NCBI RefSeq assembly: GCF_964355755.1
Contig: NC_092671.1
Location: 22,213,317-22,277,316, forward strand
Length of the DNA stretch: 64,000 nucleotides
Direction of reading: 5' to 3'
DNA from: Antedon mediterranea
Lineage: Eukaryota > Animalia > Echinodermata
Shown: one piece after another, positions 1 to 15,000 of the stretch
Numbering within the stretch: the first letter of the stretch is position 1
Layout: the number at the start of each line of letters is the position of its first letter
Notes under the pieces: generated by a model
The model's input: only the letters and a program-made list of their open reading frames with translations
What the model was told of the DNA's origin: nothing
The model's database searches: none
Position numbers and translations under genes: made by a program

Positions 1-3000
1 ACCCGTATAGGTTCGAACCCACTACTGAGAGCACTCAAACCTGAGCATTACCCGTTACGCCACAAACCAGTAGATGACTGAAGAGCTGACAATACTCTAT
101 TTATATGAAATAAATAATAAATCAATGAAAAATAATGCCATGCAACTGTGTTTCTGATTTTAAAAAAGGTCCACTTGTTTAGGCCTGACATTTACACCCT
201 CAAAATATCTCACTTTCAAAATCCATATTTATTTTCAATTTAAAAAAAAAAGAAAAAAAATATCCCTAGAGGTTCGACCCACTACTCAGAGCACTCAAAC
301 CTGAGCATTACCCGTTACGCCACAAACCAGTAGATGACTGAAGAGCTGATAATAGTCTATTTATATGAAATGAATGATCAATCAATGAAAAATAATGCCA
401 TGCAACTTTGTTTCTGATTTTAAAAAATATCCATTTGTTTAGGCCTGACATTCACAACCCTAAAAAATATCTCATTTTCAAAAAAAAACATTTATTTTCA
501 ATAAGAAAAAAAAAAGCAATATCCCTAGAGGTTCGAACCCACTACTGCGAGAACTCAAACCTGAGCATTACCCGTTACGCCTCAAACCAGTAGATGACTG
601 AAGAGCTGATAATACTCTATTTATATGACATTAATAATAAATCAATGAAAAATAATGCCATGCAACTTTGTTTCTGATTTTAAAAAAGGTTCACTTGTTT
701 AGGCCTGACATTTACAACCCTCAAAATATCTCACTTTCAAAAACAATATTTATTTTAAATAAAAAAAAAAAAGAAACAAAATATCCGTAGAGGTTCGAAC
801 CCACTAGTGAGAGCACTCAAACTTGAGCATTACCCGTTACGCCACAAACCAGTAGATGACTGAAGAGCTGATAATAATCTATTTATATGAAATTAATAAT
901 AAATCAATGAAAAATAATGCCATGCAACTTTGTTTCTGATTTTAAAAAAGGTCCACTTGTTTAGGCCTGACATTTACAACCCTCAAAATATCTCACTTTC
1001 AAAAACAATATTTTTTCAATTAAAAAAAAAAAAGAAATAAAATATCAGTAGAGGTTCGAACCCACTAGTGAGAGCACTCAAACTTGAGCATTACCCGCTA
1101 CGCCACAATCCAGTAGATGACTGAAGAGCTGATAATACTCTATTTATATGAAATAAATAATAAATCAATGAAAAATAAGGCCATGCAACTTTGTTTCTGA
1201 TTTTAAAAAAGGTTCATTTGTTTAGGCCTGTCATTTACAACCCTCAAAATATCTCACCTACAAAAAAAATATTTATTTTCAATAAAAAAAAAAGAAAAGA
1301 AATATCCCTAGAGGTTCGAACCCACTACTGCGAGCACTCAAACTTGAGCATTACCCGTTACGCCTCAAACCAGTAGATGACTGAAGAGCTGATAATACTC
1401 TATTTATATGAAATGAATAATAAATCAATGAAAAATAATGCCATGCAACTTTGTTTCTGATTTTAAAAAAGGTTCAATTGTTTAGGCCTGACATTTACAA
1501 CCCTCAAAATATCTCACCGTCAAAAACAATATTTATTTTCAAATAAAAAAAAAGAAAAAAAATATCCCTAGAAGTTCGAACCCACTATTGAAATCACTCA
1601 AACCTGAGCATTACCCGTTCGCCGCAAACCATTTTATGACTGAAGAGCTGATAATAGTCTATTTATATGAAATAGATGATCAATCAATGAAAAATAATGC
1701 CATGCAACTTTGTTTCTGATTTTAAAAAAGGTTCACTTGTTTAGGCCTGACAGTTGCAACCCTAAAAATATCTCACTTTCAAAAACAATATTTATTTTAA
1801 ATTAAAAAAAAAAGAAAAACAAAATACCAGTATAGGTTCGAACCCACTACTGAAAGCACTCAAACCTGAGCATTATCCGTTACGCCACAAACCAGTAGAT
1901 AACTGCGGAGCTGATAATAGTCCATTTATATGAAATGAATGATCAATCAATGAAAAATAATGCTATGCAACTTTGTTTCTGATTTTAAAAACGGTCCACT
2001 TGTTTAGGCCTGACATTTACAACCCTCAAAATATCTCACTTTCAAAAACAATATTTATTTTCAATTAAAAAAAAAAGAAAAAAATATTCGTAGAGGTTCG
2101 AACCCACTACTGCGAGAACTCAAACCTGAGCATTACCCGTTACGCCTCAAACCAGTAGATGACTGAAGAGCTGATAATACTCTATTTATATGAAATTAAT
2201 AATAAATCAATGAAAAATAATGCCATGCAACTTTGTTTCTGATTTTAAAAAAGGTTCACTTGTTTAGGCCTGACATTTACAACCCTCAAAATATCTCACT
2301 TTCAAAAACAATATTTATTTTAAATAAAAAAAAAAGAGAAACAAAATATCCGTAGAGGTTCGAACCCACTAGTGAGAGCACTCAAACTTGAGCATTACCC
2401 GTTACGCCACAAACCAGTAGATGACTGAAGAGCTGACAATACTCTATTTATATGAAATAAATAATAAATCAATGAAAAATAATGCCATGCAACTGTGTTT
2501 CTGATTTTGAAAAAAGGTCCACTTGTTTAGGCCTGACATTTACAACCCTCAAAATATCTCACTTTCAAAAACAATATTTTTTTCAATAAAAAAAAAAAAG
2601 AAAAAAAATATTCGTAGAGGTTCGAACCCACTACTGCGAAAACTCAAACCTGAGCATTACCCGTTACGCCTCAAACCAGTAGATGACTGAAGAGCTGATA
2701 ATACTCTATTTATATGAAATTAATAATAAATCAATGAAAAATAATGCCATGCAACTTTGTTTCTGATTTTAAAAAAGGTTCACTTGTTTAGGCCTGACAA
2801 TTACAACCCTCAAAATATCTCACTTTCAAAAACAATATTTATTTTAAATAAAAAAAAAAAAAAAAAAAAAATATCCGTAGAGGTTCGAACCCACTAGTGA
2901 GAGCACTCAAACTTGAGCATTACCCGTTACGCCACAAACCAGTAGATGACTGAAGAGCTGACAATACTCTATTTATATGAAATAAATAATAAATCAATGA

Positions 3001-6000
3001 AAAATAATGCCATGCAACTGTGTTTCTGATTTTAAAAAAGGTCCACTTGTTTAGGCCTGACATTTACACCCTCAAAATATCTCACTTTCAAAATCCATAT
3101 TTATTTTCAATTTAAAAAAAAAAGAAAAAAAATATCCCTAGAGGTTCGACCCACTACTCAGAGCACTCAAACCTGAGCATTACCCGTTACGCCACAAACC
3201 AGTAGATGACTGAAGAGCTGATAATAGTCTATTTATATGAAATGAATGATCAATCAATGAAAAATAATGCCATGCAACTTTGTTTCTGATTTTTAAAAAT
3301 ATCCATTTGTTTAGGCCTGACATTCACAACCCTAAAAAATATCTCATTTTCAAAAAAAATATTTATTTTCAATAAGAAAAAAAAAAGCAATATCCCTAGA
3401 GGTTCGAACCCACTACTGCGAGAACTCAAACCTGAGCATTACCCGTTACGCCTCAAACCAGTAGATGACTGAAGAGCTGATAATACTCTATTTATATGAC
3501 ATTAATAATAAATCAATGAAAAATAATGCCATGCAACTTTGTTTCTGGTTTTAAAAAAGGTTCACTTGTTTAGGCCTGACATTTACAACCCTCAAAATAT
3601 CTCACTTTCAAAAACAATATTTATTTTAAATAAAAAAAAAAAAGAAACAAAATATCCGTAGAGGTTCGAACCCACTAGTGAGAGCACTCAAACTTGAGCA
3701 TTACCCGTTACGCCACAAACCAGTAGATGACTGAAGAGCTGATAATAATCTATTTATATGAAATTCATAATAAATCAATGAAAAATAATGCCATGCAACT
3801 TTGTTTCTGATTTTAAAAAAGGTCCACTTGTTTAGGCCTGACATTTACAACCCTCAAAATATCTCACTTTCAAAAACAATATTTTTTCAATTAAAAAAAA
3901 AAAAGAAATAAAATATCAGTAGAGGTTCGAACCCACTAGTGAGAGCACTCAAACTTGAGCATTACCCGCTACGCCACAATCCAGTAGATGACTGAAGAGC
4001 TGATAATACTCTATTTATATGAAATAAATAATAAATCAATGAAAAATAAGGCCATGCAACTTTGTTTCTGATTTTAAAAAAGGTTCATTTGTTTAGGCCT
4101 GTCATTTACAACCCTCAAAATATCTCACCTACAAAAAAAATATTTATTTTCAATAAAAAAAAAAGAAAAGAAATATCCCTAGAGGTTCGAACCCACTACT
4201 GCGAGCACTCAAACTTGAGCATTACCCGTTACGCCTCAAACCAGTAGATGACTGAAGAGCTGATAATACTCTATTTATATGAAATGAATAATAAATCAAT
4301 GAAAAATAATGCCATGCAACTTTGTTTCTGATTTTAAAAAAGGTTCAATTGTTTAGGCCTGACATTTACAACCCTCAAAATATCTCACCGTCAAAAACAA
4401 TATTTATTTTCAAATAAAAAAAAAAGAAAAAAATATCCCTAGAAGTTCGAACCCACTATTGAAATCACTCAAACCTGAGCATTACCCGTTCGCCGCAAAC
4501 CATTTTATGACTGAAGAGCTGATAATAGTCTATTTATATGAAATAGATGATCAATCAATGAAAAATAATGCCATGCAACTTTGTTTCTGATTTTATAAAA
4601 GGTTCACTTGTTTAGGCCTGACAGTTGCAACCCTAAAAATATCTCACTTTCAAAAACAATATTTATTTTAAATTAAAAAAAAAAGAAAAAAAAAATACCA
4701 GTATAGGTTCGAACCCACTACTGAAAGCACTCAAACCTGAGCATTATCCGTTACGCCACAAACCAGTAGATAACTGCGGAGCTGATAATAGTCCATTTAT
4801 ATGAAATGAATGATCAATCAATGAAAAATAATGCCATTCAACTTTGTTTCTGATTTTAAAAACTGTCCACTTGTTTAGGCCTGACATTTACAACCCTCAA
4901 AATATCTCACTTTCAAAAACAATATTTATTTTCAATTAAAAAAAAAAGAAAAAAAATATTCGTAGAGGTTCGAACCCACTACTGCGAGAACTCAAACCTG
5001 AGCATTACCCGTTACGCCTCAAACCAGTAGATGACTGAAGAGCTGATAATACTCTATTTATATGAAATTAATAATAAATCAATGAAAAATAATGCCATGC
5101 AACTTTGTTTCTGATTTTAAAAAAGGTTCACTTGTTTAGGCCTGACATTTACAACCCTCAAAATATCTCACTTTCAAAAACAATATTTATTTTAAATAAA
5201 AAAAAAAAGAAACAAAATATCCGTAGAGGTTCGAACCCACTAGTGAGAGCACTCAAACTTGAGCATTACCCGTTACGCCACAAACCAGTAGATGACTGAA
5301 GAGCTGACAATACTCTATTTATATGAAATAAATAATAAATCAATGAAAAATAATGCCATGCAACTGTGTTTCTGATTTTAAAAAAGGTCCACTTGTTTAG
5401 GCCTGACATTTACAACCCTCAAAATATCTCACTTTCAAAAACAATATTTTTTTCAATAAAAAAAAAAAGAAAAAAAATATTCGTAGAGGTTCGAACCCAC
5501 TACTGCGAAAACTCAAACCTGAGCATTACCCGTTACGCCTCAAACCAGTAGATGACTGAAGAGCTGATAATACTCTATTTATATGAAATTAATAATAAAT
5601 CAATGAAAAATAATGCCATGCAACTTTGTTTCTGATTTTAAAAAAGGTTCACTTGTTTAGGCCTGACAATTACAACCCTCAAAATATCTCACTTTCAAAA
5701 ACAATATTTATTTTAAATAAAAAAAATAAAAAAAACAAAATATCCGTAGAGGTTCGAACCCACTAGTGAGAGCACTCAAACTTGAGCATTACCCGTTACG
5801 CCACAAACCAGTAGATGACTGAAGAGCTGACAATACTCTATTTATATGAAATAAATAATAAATCAATGAAAAATAATGCCATGCAACTGTGTTTCTGATT
5901 TTAAAAAAGGTCCACTTGTTTAGGCCTGACATTTACACCCTCAAAATATCTCACTTTCAAAATCCATATTTATTTTCAATTTAAAAAAAAAAGAAAAAAA

Positions 6001-9000
6001 ATATCCCTAGAGGTTCGACCCACTACTCAGAGCACTCAAACCTGAGCATTACCCGTTACGCCACAAACCAGTAGATGACTGAAGAGCTGATAATAGTCTA
6101 TTTATATGAAATGAATGATCAATCAATGAAAAATAATGCCATGCAACTTTGTTTCTGATTTTTAAAAATATCCATTTGTTTAGGCCTGACATTCACAACC
6201 CTAAAAAATATCTCATTTTCAAAAAAAATATTTATTTTCAATAAGAAAAAAAAAAGCAATATCCCTAGAGGTTCGAACCCACTACTGCGAGAACTCAAAC
6301 CTGAGCATTACCCGTTACGCCTCAAACCAGTAGATGACTGAAGAGCTGATAATACTCTATTTATATGAAATGAATAATAAATCAATGAAAAATAATGCCA
6401 TGCAACTTTGTTTCTGATTTTAAAAAAGGTTCAATTGTTTAGGCCTGACATTTACAACCCTCAAAATATCTCACCGTCAAAAACAATATTTATTTTCAAA
6501 TAAAAAAAAAAGAAAAAAATATCCCTAGAAGTTCGAACCCACTATTGAAATCACTCAAACCTGAGCATTACCCGTTCGCCGCAAACCATTTTATGACTGA
6601 AGAGCTGATAATAGTCTATTTATATGAAATAGATGATCAATCAATGAAAAATAATGCCATGCAACTTTGTTTCTGATTTTATAAAAGGTTCACTTGTTTA
6701 GGCCTGACAGTTGCAACCCTAAAAATATCTCACTTTCAAAAACAATATTTATTTTAAATTAAAAAAAAAAGAAAAAAAAAATACCAGTATAGGTTCGAAC
6801 CCACTACTGAAAGCACTCAAACCTGAGCATTATCCGTTACGCCACAAACCAGTAGATAACTGCGGAGCTGATAATAGTCCATTTATATGAAATGAATGAT
6901 CAATCAATGAAAAATAATGCCATTCAACTTTGTTTCTGATTTTAAAAACGGTCCACTTGTTTAGGCCTGACATTTACAACCCTCAAAATATCTCACTTTC
7001 AAAAACAATATTTATTTTCAATTAAAAAAAAAAGAAAAAAAATATTCGTAGAGGTTCGAACCCACTACTGCGAGAACTCAAACCTGAGCATTACCCGTTA
7101 CGCCTCAAACCAGTAGATGACTGAAGAGCTGATAATACTCTATTTATATGAAATTAATAATAAATCAATGAAAAATAATGCCATGCAACTTTGTTTCTGA
7201 TTTTAAAAAAGGTTCACTTGTTTAGGCCTGACATTTACAACCCTCAAAATATCTCACTTTCAAAAACAATATTTATTTTAAATAAAAAAAAAAAGAAACA
7301 AAATATCCGTAGAGGTTCGAACCCACTAGTGAGAGCACTCAAACTTGAGCATTACCCGTTACGCCACAAACCAGTAGATGACTGAAGAGCTGACAATACT
7401 CTATTTATATGAAATAAATAATAAATCAATGAAAAATAATGCCATGCAACTGTGTTTCTGATTTTAAAAAAGGTCCACTTGTTTAGGCCTGACATTTACA
7501 ACCCTCAAAATATCTCACTTTCAAAAACAATATTTTTTTCAATAAAAAAAAAAAGAAAAAAAATATTCGTAGAGGTTCGAACCCACTACTGCGAAAACTC
7601 AAACCTGAGCATTACCCGTTACGCCTCAAACCAGTAGATGACTGAAGAGCTGATAATACTCTATTTATATGAAATTAATAATAAATCAATGAAAAATAAT
7701 GCCATGCAACTTTGTTTCTGATTTTAAAAAAGGTTCACTTGTTTAGGCCTGACAATTACAACCCTCAAAATATCTCACTTTCAAAAACAATATTTATTTT
7801 AAATAAAAAAAATAAAAAAAACAAAATATCCGTAGAGGTTCGAACCCACTAGTGAGAGCACTCAAACTTGAGCATTACCCGTTACGCCACAAACCAGTAG
7901 ATGACTGAAGAGCTGACAATACTCTATTTATATGAAATAAATAATAAATCAATGAAAAATAATGCCATGCAACTGTGTTTCTGATTTTAAAAAAGGTCCA
8001 CTTGTTTAGGCCTGACATTTACACCCTCAAAATATCTCACTTTCAAAATCCATATTTATTTTCAATTTAAAAAAAAAAGAAAAAAAATATCCCTAGAGGT
8101 TCGACCCACTACTCAGAGCACTCAAACCTGAGCATTACCCGTTACGCCACAAACCAGTAGATGACTGAAGAGCTGATAATAGTCTATTTATATGAAATGA
8201 ATGATCAATCAATGAAAAATAATGCCATGCAACTTTGTTTCTGATTTTTAAAAATATCCATTTGTTTAGGCCTGACATTCACAACCCTAAAAAATATCTC
8301 ATTTTCAAAAAAAATATTTATTTTCAATAAGAAAAAAAAAAGCAATATCCCTAGAGGTTCGAACCCACTACTGCGAGAACTCAAACCTGAGCATTACCCG
8401 TTACGCCTCAAACCAGTAGATGACTGAAGAGCTGATAATACTCTATTTATATGACATTAATAATAAATCAATGAAAAATAATGCCATGCAACTTTGTTTC
8501 TGATTTTAAAAAAGGTTCACTTGTTTAGGCCTGACATTTACAACCCTCAAAATATCTCACTTTCAAAAACAATATTTATTTTAAATAAAAAAAAAAAAGA
8601 AACAAAATATCCGTAGAGGTTCGAACCCACTAGTGAGAGCACTCAAACTTGAGCATTACCCGTTACGCCACAAACCAGTAGATGACTGAAGAGCTGATAA
8701 TAATCTATTTATATGAAATTAATAATAAATCAATGAAAAATAATGCCATGCAACTTTGTTTCTGATTTTAAAAAAGGTCCACTTGTTTAGGCCTGACATT
8801 TACAACCCTCAAAATATCTCACTTTCAAAAACAATATTTTTTCAATTAAAAAAAAAAAAGAAATAAAATATCAGTAGAGGTTCGAACCCACTAGTGAGAG
8901 CACTCAAACTTGAGCATTACCCGCTACGCCACAATCCAGTAGATGACTGAAGAGCTGATAATACTCTATTTATATGAAATAAATAATAAATCAATGAAAA

Positions 9001-12000
9001 ATAAGGCCATGCAACTTTGTTTCTGATTTTAAAAAAGGTTCATTTGTTTAGGCCTGTCATTTACAACCCTCAAAATATCTCACCTACAAAAAAAATATTT
9101 ATTTTCAATAAAAAAAAAAGAAAAGAAATATCCCTAGAGGTTCGAACCCACTACTGCGAGCACTCAAACTTGAGCATTACCCGTTACGCCTCAAACCAGT
9201 AGATGACTGAAGAGCTGATAATACTCTATTTATATGAAATGAATAATAAATCAATGAAAAATAATGCCATGCAACTTTGTTTCTGATTTTAAAAAAGGTT
9301 CAATTGTTTAGGCCTGACATTTACAACCCTCAAAATATCTCACCGTCAAAAACAATATTTATTTTCAAATAAAAAAAAAAGAAAAAAAATATCCCTAGAA
9401 GTTCGAACCCACTATTGAAATCACTCAAACCTGAGCATTACCCGTTCGCCGCAAACCATTTTATGACTGAAGAGCTGATAATAGTCTATTTATATGAAAT
9501 AGATGATCAATCAATGAAAAATAATGCCATGCAACTTTGTTTCTGATTTTAAAAAAGGTTCACTTGTTTAGGCCTGACAGTTGCAACCCTAAAAATATCT
9601 CACTTTCAAAAACAATATTTATTTTAAATTAAAAAAAAAAGAAAAAAAAAATACCAGTATAGGTTCGAACCCACTACTGAAAGCACTCAAACCTGAGCAT
9701 TATCCGTTACGCCACAAACCAGTAGATAACTGCGGAGCTGATAATAGTCCATTTATATGAAATGAATGATCAATCAATGAAAAATAATGCCATGCAACTT
9801 TGTTTCTGATTTTAAAAAAGGTCCACTTGTTTAGGCCTGACATTTACAACCCTCAAAATATCTCACTTTCAAAAACAATATTTATTTTCAATTAAAAAAA
9901 AAAAAGAAAAAAAATATTCGTAGAGGTTCGAACCCACTACTGCGAGAACTCAAACCTGTGCACTACCGCTTACGCCACAAACCAGTAGATGACTGAAGAG
10001 CTGATAACAGTCTATTTATATGAAATGAATGATCCATCAAAGTAAAATGATGTTATGCAACTTTGTTTCTTATTTTAAAAAAAGGTCCATTTGGTTAGGC
10101 TTGACATTTAAAACCCTCAAAATATCTCACTTTCAAAAACCATATTTATTTTCAATTTTAAAAAAAAGAAAAAAAAAATCCCTTGAGGTTCGACCCACTA
10201 CTCAGAGCACTCAAACCTGAGCATTACCCGTTACGCCACAAACCAGTAGATGACTGAAGAGCTGATAATAGTCTATTTATATGAAATAAATTATCAATCA
10301 ATGAAAAATAATGCCATGCAACTTTGTTTCTGATTTTAAAAAAGGTCCACTTGTTTAGGCCTGACATTTACAACCCTCAAAATATATCACTTTCAAAAAC
10401 CATATTTATTTTCAATGTAAAAAAAAAGAAAAAACGTATTCCTAGAGGTTCGACCCACTACTCAGAGCACTCAAACCTGAGCATTACTCGTTACGCCACA
10501 AACCAGTAGATGACTGAAGAGCTGGTAATAGTCTATTTATATGAAATGAATTATCAATCAATGAAAAATAATGCCATGCAACTTTGTTTCTGATTTTAAA
10601 AAAGATCCATTTGTTTAGGCCTGACATTTACAACCCTAAAAAATATCTCATTTTCAAAAAAAATATTTATTTTCAATAAGAAAAAAAAAGCAATATCCCT
10701 AGAGGTTGGAACCCACTAGTGAGAGCACTCAAACTTGAGCATTACCCGTTACGCCACAAACCAGTAGATGACTGAAGAGCTGATAATACTCTATTTATAT
10801 GAAATAAATAATAAATCAATGAAAATTAATGCCATGCAACTTTGTTTCTGATTTTAAAAAAGGTCCACTTGTTTAGGCCTGACATTTACAACCCTCAAAC
10901 TATCTCACTTTCAAAAACCATATTTATTTTAAATTTAAAAAAAAAAGAAAAAAAATATTCGTAGAGGTTCGAACCCACCACTGCGAGAACTCAAACCTGG
11001 GCACTACCAGTTACGCTACAAACCAGTAGATGACTGAAGAGCTGATAATAGTCTATTTATATGAAATTAATAATAAATCAATGAAAAATAATGCCATGCA
11101 ACTTTGTTTCTGATTTTTAAAAAGGTCCACTTGTTTAGGCCTGACATTTACAACCCTCAAAATATCTCACTTTCAAAAACAATATTTATTTTCAATTAAA
11201 AAAAAAAGAAAAAAAATATTCGTAGATGTTCGAACCCACTACTGCGAGAACTCAAACCTGAGCACTACCGGTTACGCCACAAACCAGTAGATGACTGAAG
11301 AGCTGATAACAGTCTATTTATATGAAATGAATGATCCATCAAAGTAAAATGATGTTATGCAACTTTGTTTCTGATTTTAAAAAAAGGTCCACTTGGTTAG
11401 GCTTGACATTTAAAACCCTCAAAATATCTCACTTTCAAAAACCATATTTATTTTCAATTTAAAAAAAAAGAAAAAAAAAATCCCTTGAGGTTCGACCCAC
11501 TACTCAGAGCACTCAAACCTGAGCATTACCCGTTACGCCACAAACCAGTAGATGACTGAAGAGCTGATAATAGTCTATTTATATGAAATAAATTATCAAT
11601 CAATGAAAAATAATGCCATGCAACTTTGTTTCTGATTTTAAAAAAGGTCCACTTGTTTAGGCCTGACATTTACAACCCTCAAAATATCTCACTTTCAAAA
11701 ACCATATTTATTTTCAATGTAAAAAAAAGAAAAAACGTATCCCTAGAGGTTCGACCCACTACACAGAGCACTCAAACCTGAGCATTACTCGTTACGACAC
11801 AAACCAGTAGATGACTGAAGAGCTGGTAATAGTCTATTTATATGAAATGAATTATCAATCAATGAAAAATAATGCCATGCAACTTTGTTTCTGATTTTAA
11901 AAAAGATCCATTTGTTTAGGCCTGACATTTACAACCCTAAAAAATATCTCATTTTCAAAAAAAAATATTTTGTTTTCAATAAGAAAAAAAAAAGCAATAT

Positions 12001-15000
12001 CCCTAGAGGTTGGAACCCACTAGTGAGAGCACTCAAACTTGAGCATTACCCGTTACGCCACAAACCAGTAGATGACTGAAGAGCTGATAATACTCTATTT
12101 ATATGAAATAAATAATAAATCAATGAAAAATAATGCCATGCAACTTTGTTTCTGATTTTAAAAAAGGTCCACTTGTTTAGGCCTGACATTTACAACCCTC
12201 AAAATATCTCACTTTCAAAAACAATATTTTTTTCAATAAAAAAAAAAGAAAAAAAATATTCGTAGAGGTTCGAACCCACTACTGCGAAAACTCAAACCTG
12301 AGCATTACCCATTACGCCTCAAACCAGTAGATGACTGAAGAGCTGATAATACTCTATTTATATGAAATTAATAATAAATCAATGAAAAATAATGCCATGC
12401 AACTTTGTTTCTGATTTTAAAAAAGGTTCACTTGTTTAGGCCTGACATTTACAACCCTCAAAATATCTCACTTTCAAAAACAATATTTATTTTAAATAAA
12501 AAAAAAAAAAGAAACAAAATATCCGTAGAGGTTCGAACCCACTAGTGAGAGCACTCAAACTTGAGCATTACCCGTTACGCCACCAACCAGTAGATGACTG
12601 AAGAGCTGACAATACTCTATTTATATGAAATAAATAATAAATATATGAAAAATAATGCCATGCAACTGTGTTTCTGATTTTAAAAAAGGTCCACTTGTTT
12701 AGGCCTGACATTTACACCCTCAAAATATCTCACTTTCAAAATCCATATTTATTTTCAATTTAAAAAAAAAAGAAAAAAAATATCCCTAGAGGTTCGACCC
12801 ACTACTCAGAGCACTCAAACCTGAGCATTACCCGTTACGCCACAAACCAGTAGATGACTGAAGAGCTGATAATAGTCTATTTATATGAAATGAATGATCA
12901 ATCAATGAAAAATAATGCCATGCAACTTTGTTTCTGATTTTAAAAAATATCCATTTGTTTAGGCCTGACATTCACAACCCTAAAAAATATCTCATTTTCA
13001 AAAAAAATATTTATTTGCAATAAGAAAAAAAAAAGCAATATCCCTAGAGGTTCGAACCCACTACTGCGAGAACTCAAACCTGAGCATTACCCGTTACGCC
13101 ACAAACCAGTAGATGACTGAAGAGCTGATAATACTCTATTTATATGAAATAAATAATAAATCAATGAAAAATAATGCCATGCAACTTTGTTTCTGATTTT
13201 AAAAAAGGTCCACTTGTTTAGGCCTGACATTTACAACCCTCAAAATATCTCACTTTCAAAAACAATATTTATTTTCAATAAAAAAAAAAAAAAAAAAAAA
13301 AATTCGTAGAGGTTCGAACACACTACTGCGAGAACTCAAACCTGAGCATTACCCGTTACGCCTCAAACCAGTAGATGACTGAAGAGCTGATAATACTCTA
13401 TTTATATGAAATTCATAATAAATCAATGAAAAATAATGCAATGCAACTTTGTTTCTGATTTTAAAAAAGGTTCACTTGTTTAGGCCTGACATTTACAACC
13501 CTCAAAATATCTCACTTTCAAAAACAATATTTATTTTAAATAAAAAAAAAAAAAGAAACAAAATATCCGTAGAGGTTCGAACCCACTAGTGAGAGCACGT
13601 AAACTTGAGCATTACCCGTTACGCCACAAACCAGTAGATGACTGAAGAGCTGATAATACTCTATTTATATGAAATAAATAATAAATCAATGAAAAATAAT
13701 GCCATGCAACTTTGTTTCTGATTTTAAAAAAGGTCCACTTGTTTAGGCCTGATATTTACAACCCTCAAAATATCTCACTTTCAAAAACCATATTTATTTT
13801 CAATTTAAAAAAAAAAGAAAAAAAATATCCCTAGAGGTTCGACCCACTACTCAGAGCACTCAAACCTGAGCATTACCCGTTACGCCACAAACCAGTAGAT
13901 GACTGAAGAGCTGATAATAGTCTATTTATATGAAATCAATTATCAATCAATGAAAAATAATGCCATGCAACTTTGTTTCTGATTTTAAAAAAGGTCCACT
14001 TGTTTAGGCCTGACATTTACAACCCTCAAAATATCTCACTTTCAAAAACCATATTTATTTTCAATTTAAAAAAAAAAGAAAAACAATATTCGTAGAGGTT
14101 CGACCCACTACTCAGAGCACTCAAAACTGAGCATTACCCGTTACGCCACAAACCAGTAGATGACTGAAGAGCTGATAATAGTCCATTTATATGAAATAAA
14201 TGATCAATCAATGAAAAATAATGCCATGCAAATTTGTTTCTGATTTAAAAAAAGGTTCACTTGTTTAGGCCTAACATTTACAACCCTAAAAATATCTCAC
14301 TTTCAAAAACAATATTTATTTTCAATTTTAAAAAAAAAATCCCTAGAGGTTCGAACCCACTACTGAGACAACTCAAACCTGAGCATTATCCGTTACGCCA
14401 CCAACCAGTAGGTGACTGAGGAGCTGATAATAGTCTATTTATATGAAATGAATGATCAATCAATGAAAAATAATGCCATGCAACTTTGTTTCTGATTTTA
14501 AAAAAGGTTCACTTGTTTTGGCCTGACATTTACAACCCTCAAAATATCTCACTTTCAAAAACAATATTTTTTCAATTAAAAAAAAAAAGAAATAAAATAT
14601 CAGTAGAGGTTCGAACCCACTAGTGAGAGCACCGAAACTTGAGCATTACCCGCTACGCCACAAACCAGTAGATGACTGAAGAGCTGATAATACTCTATTT
14701 ATATGAAATAAATAATAAATCAATGAAAAATAATGCCATGCAACTTTGTTTCTGATTTTAAAAAAGATCCATTTGTTTAGGCCTGACATTCACAACCCTA
14801 AAAAATATCTCATTTTCCCAAAAAATATTTATTTTCAATAAGAAAAAAAAAGCAATATCACTAGAGGTTAAAATTCGCTACTGAGAGCACTCAAACCTGG
14901 GTATTACCCGTTACGCCACAAACCAGTAGATAAGTAAAGAGCTGATAATAGTCTATTTATATGAAATTAATGATCAATCAATGAAAAATAATGCCATGCA

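Noticed and set aside
830-850. CENP-B box in the monomer
   Set aside because: Best alignment TTGTGGCGTAACGGG misses three core positions of TTCGnnnnAnnCGGG.
778-857. Satellite monomers as functional tRNA genes (nominal anticodon GAG)
   Set aside because: Acceptor and anticodon stems do not pair; only the promoter boxes and D arm are retained.
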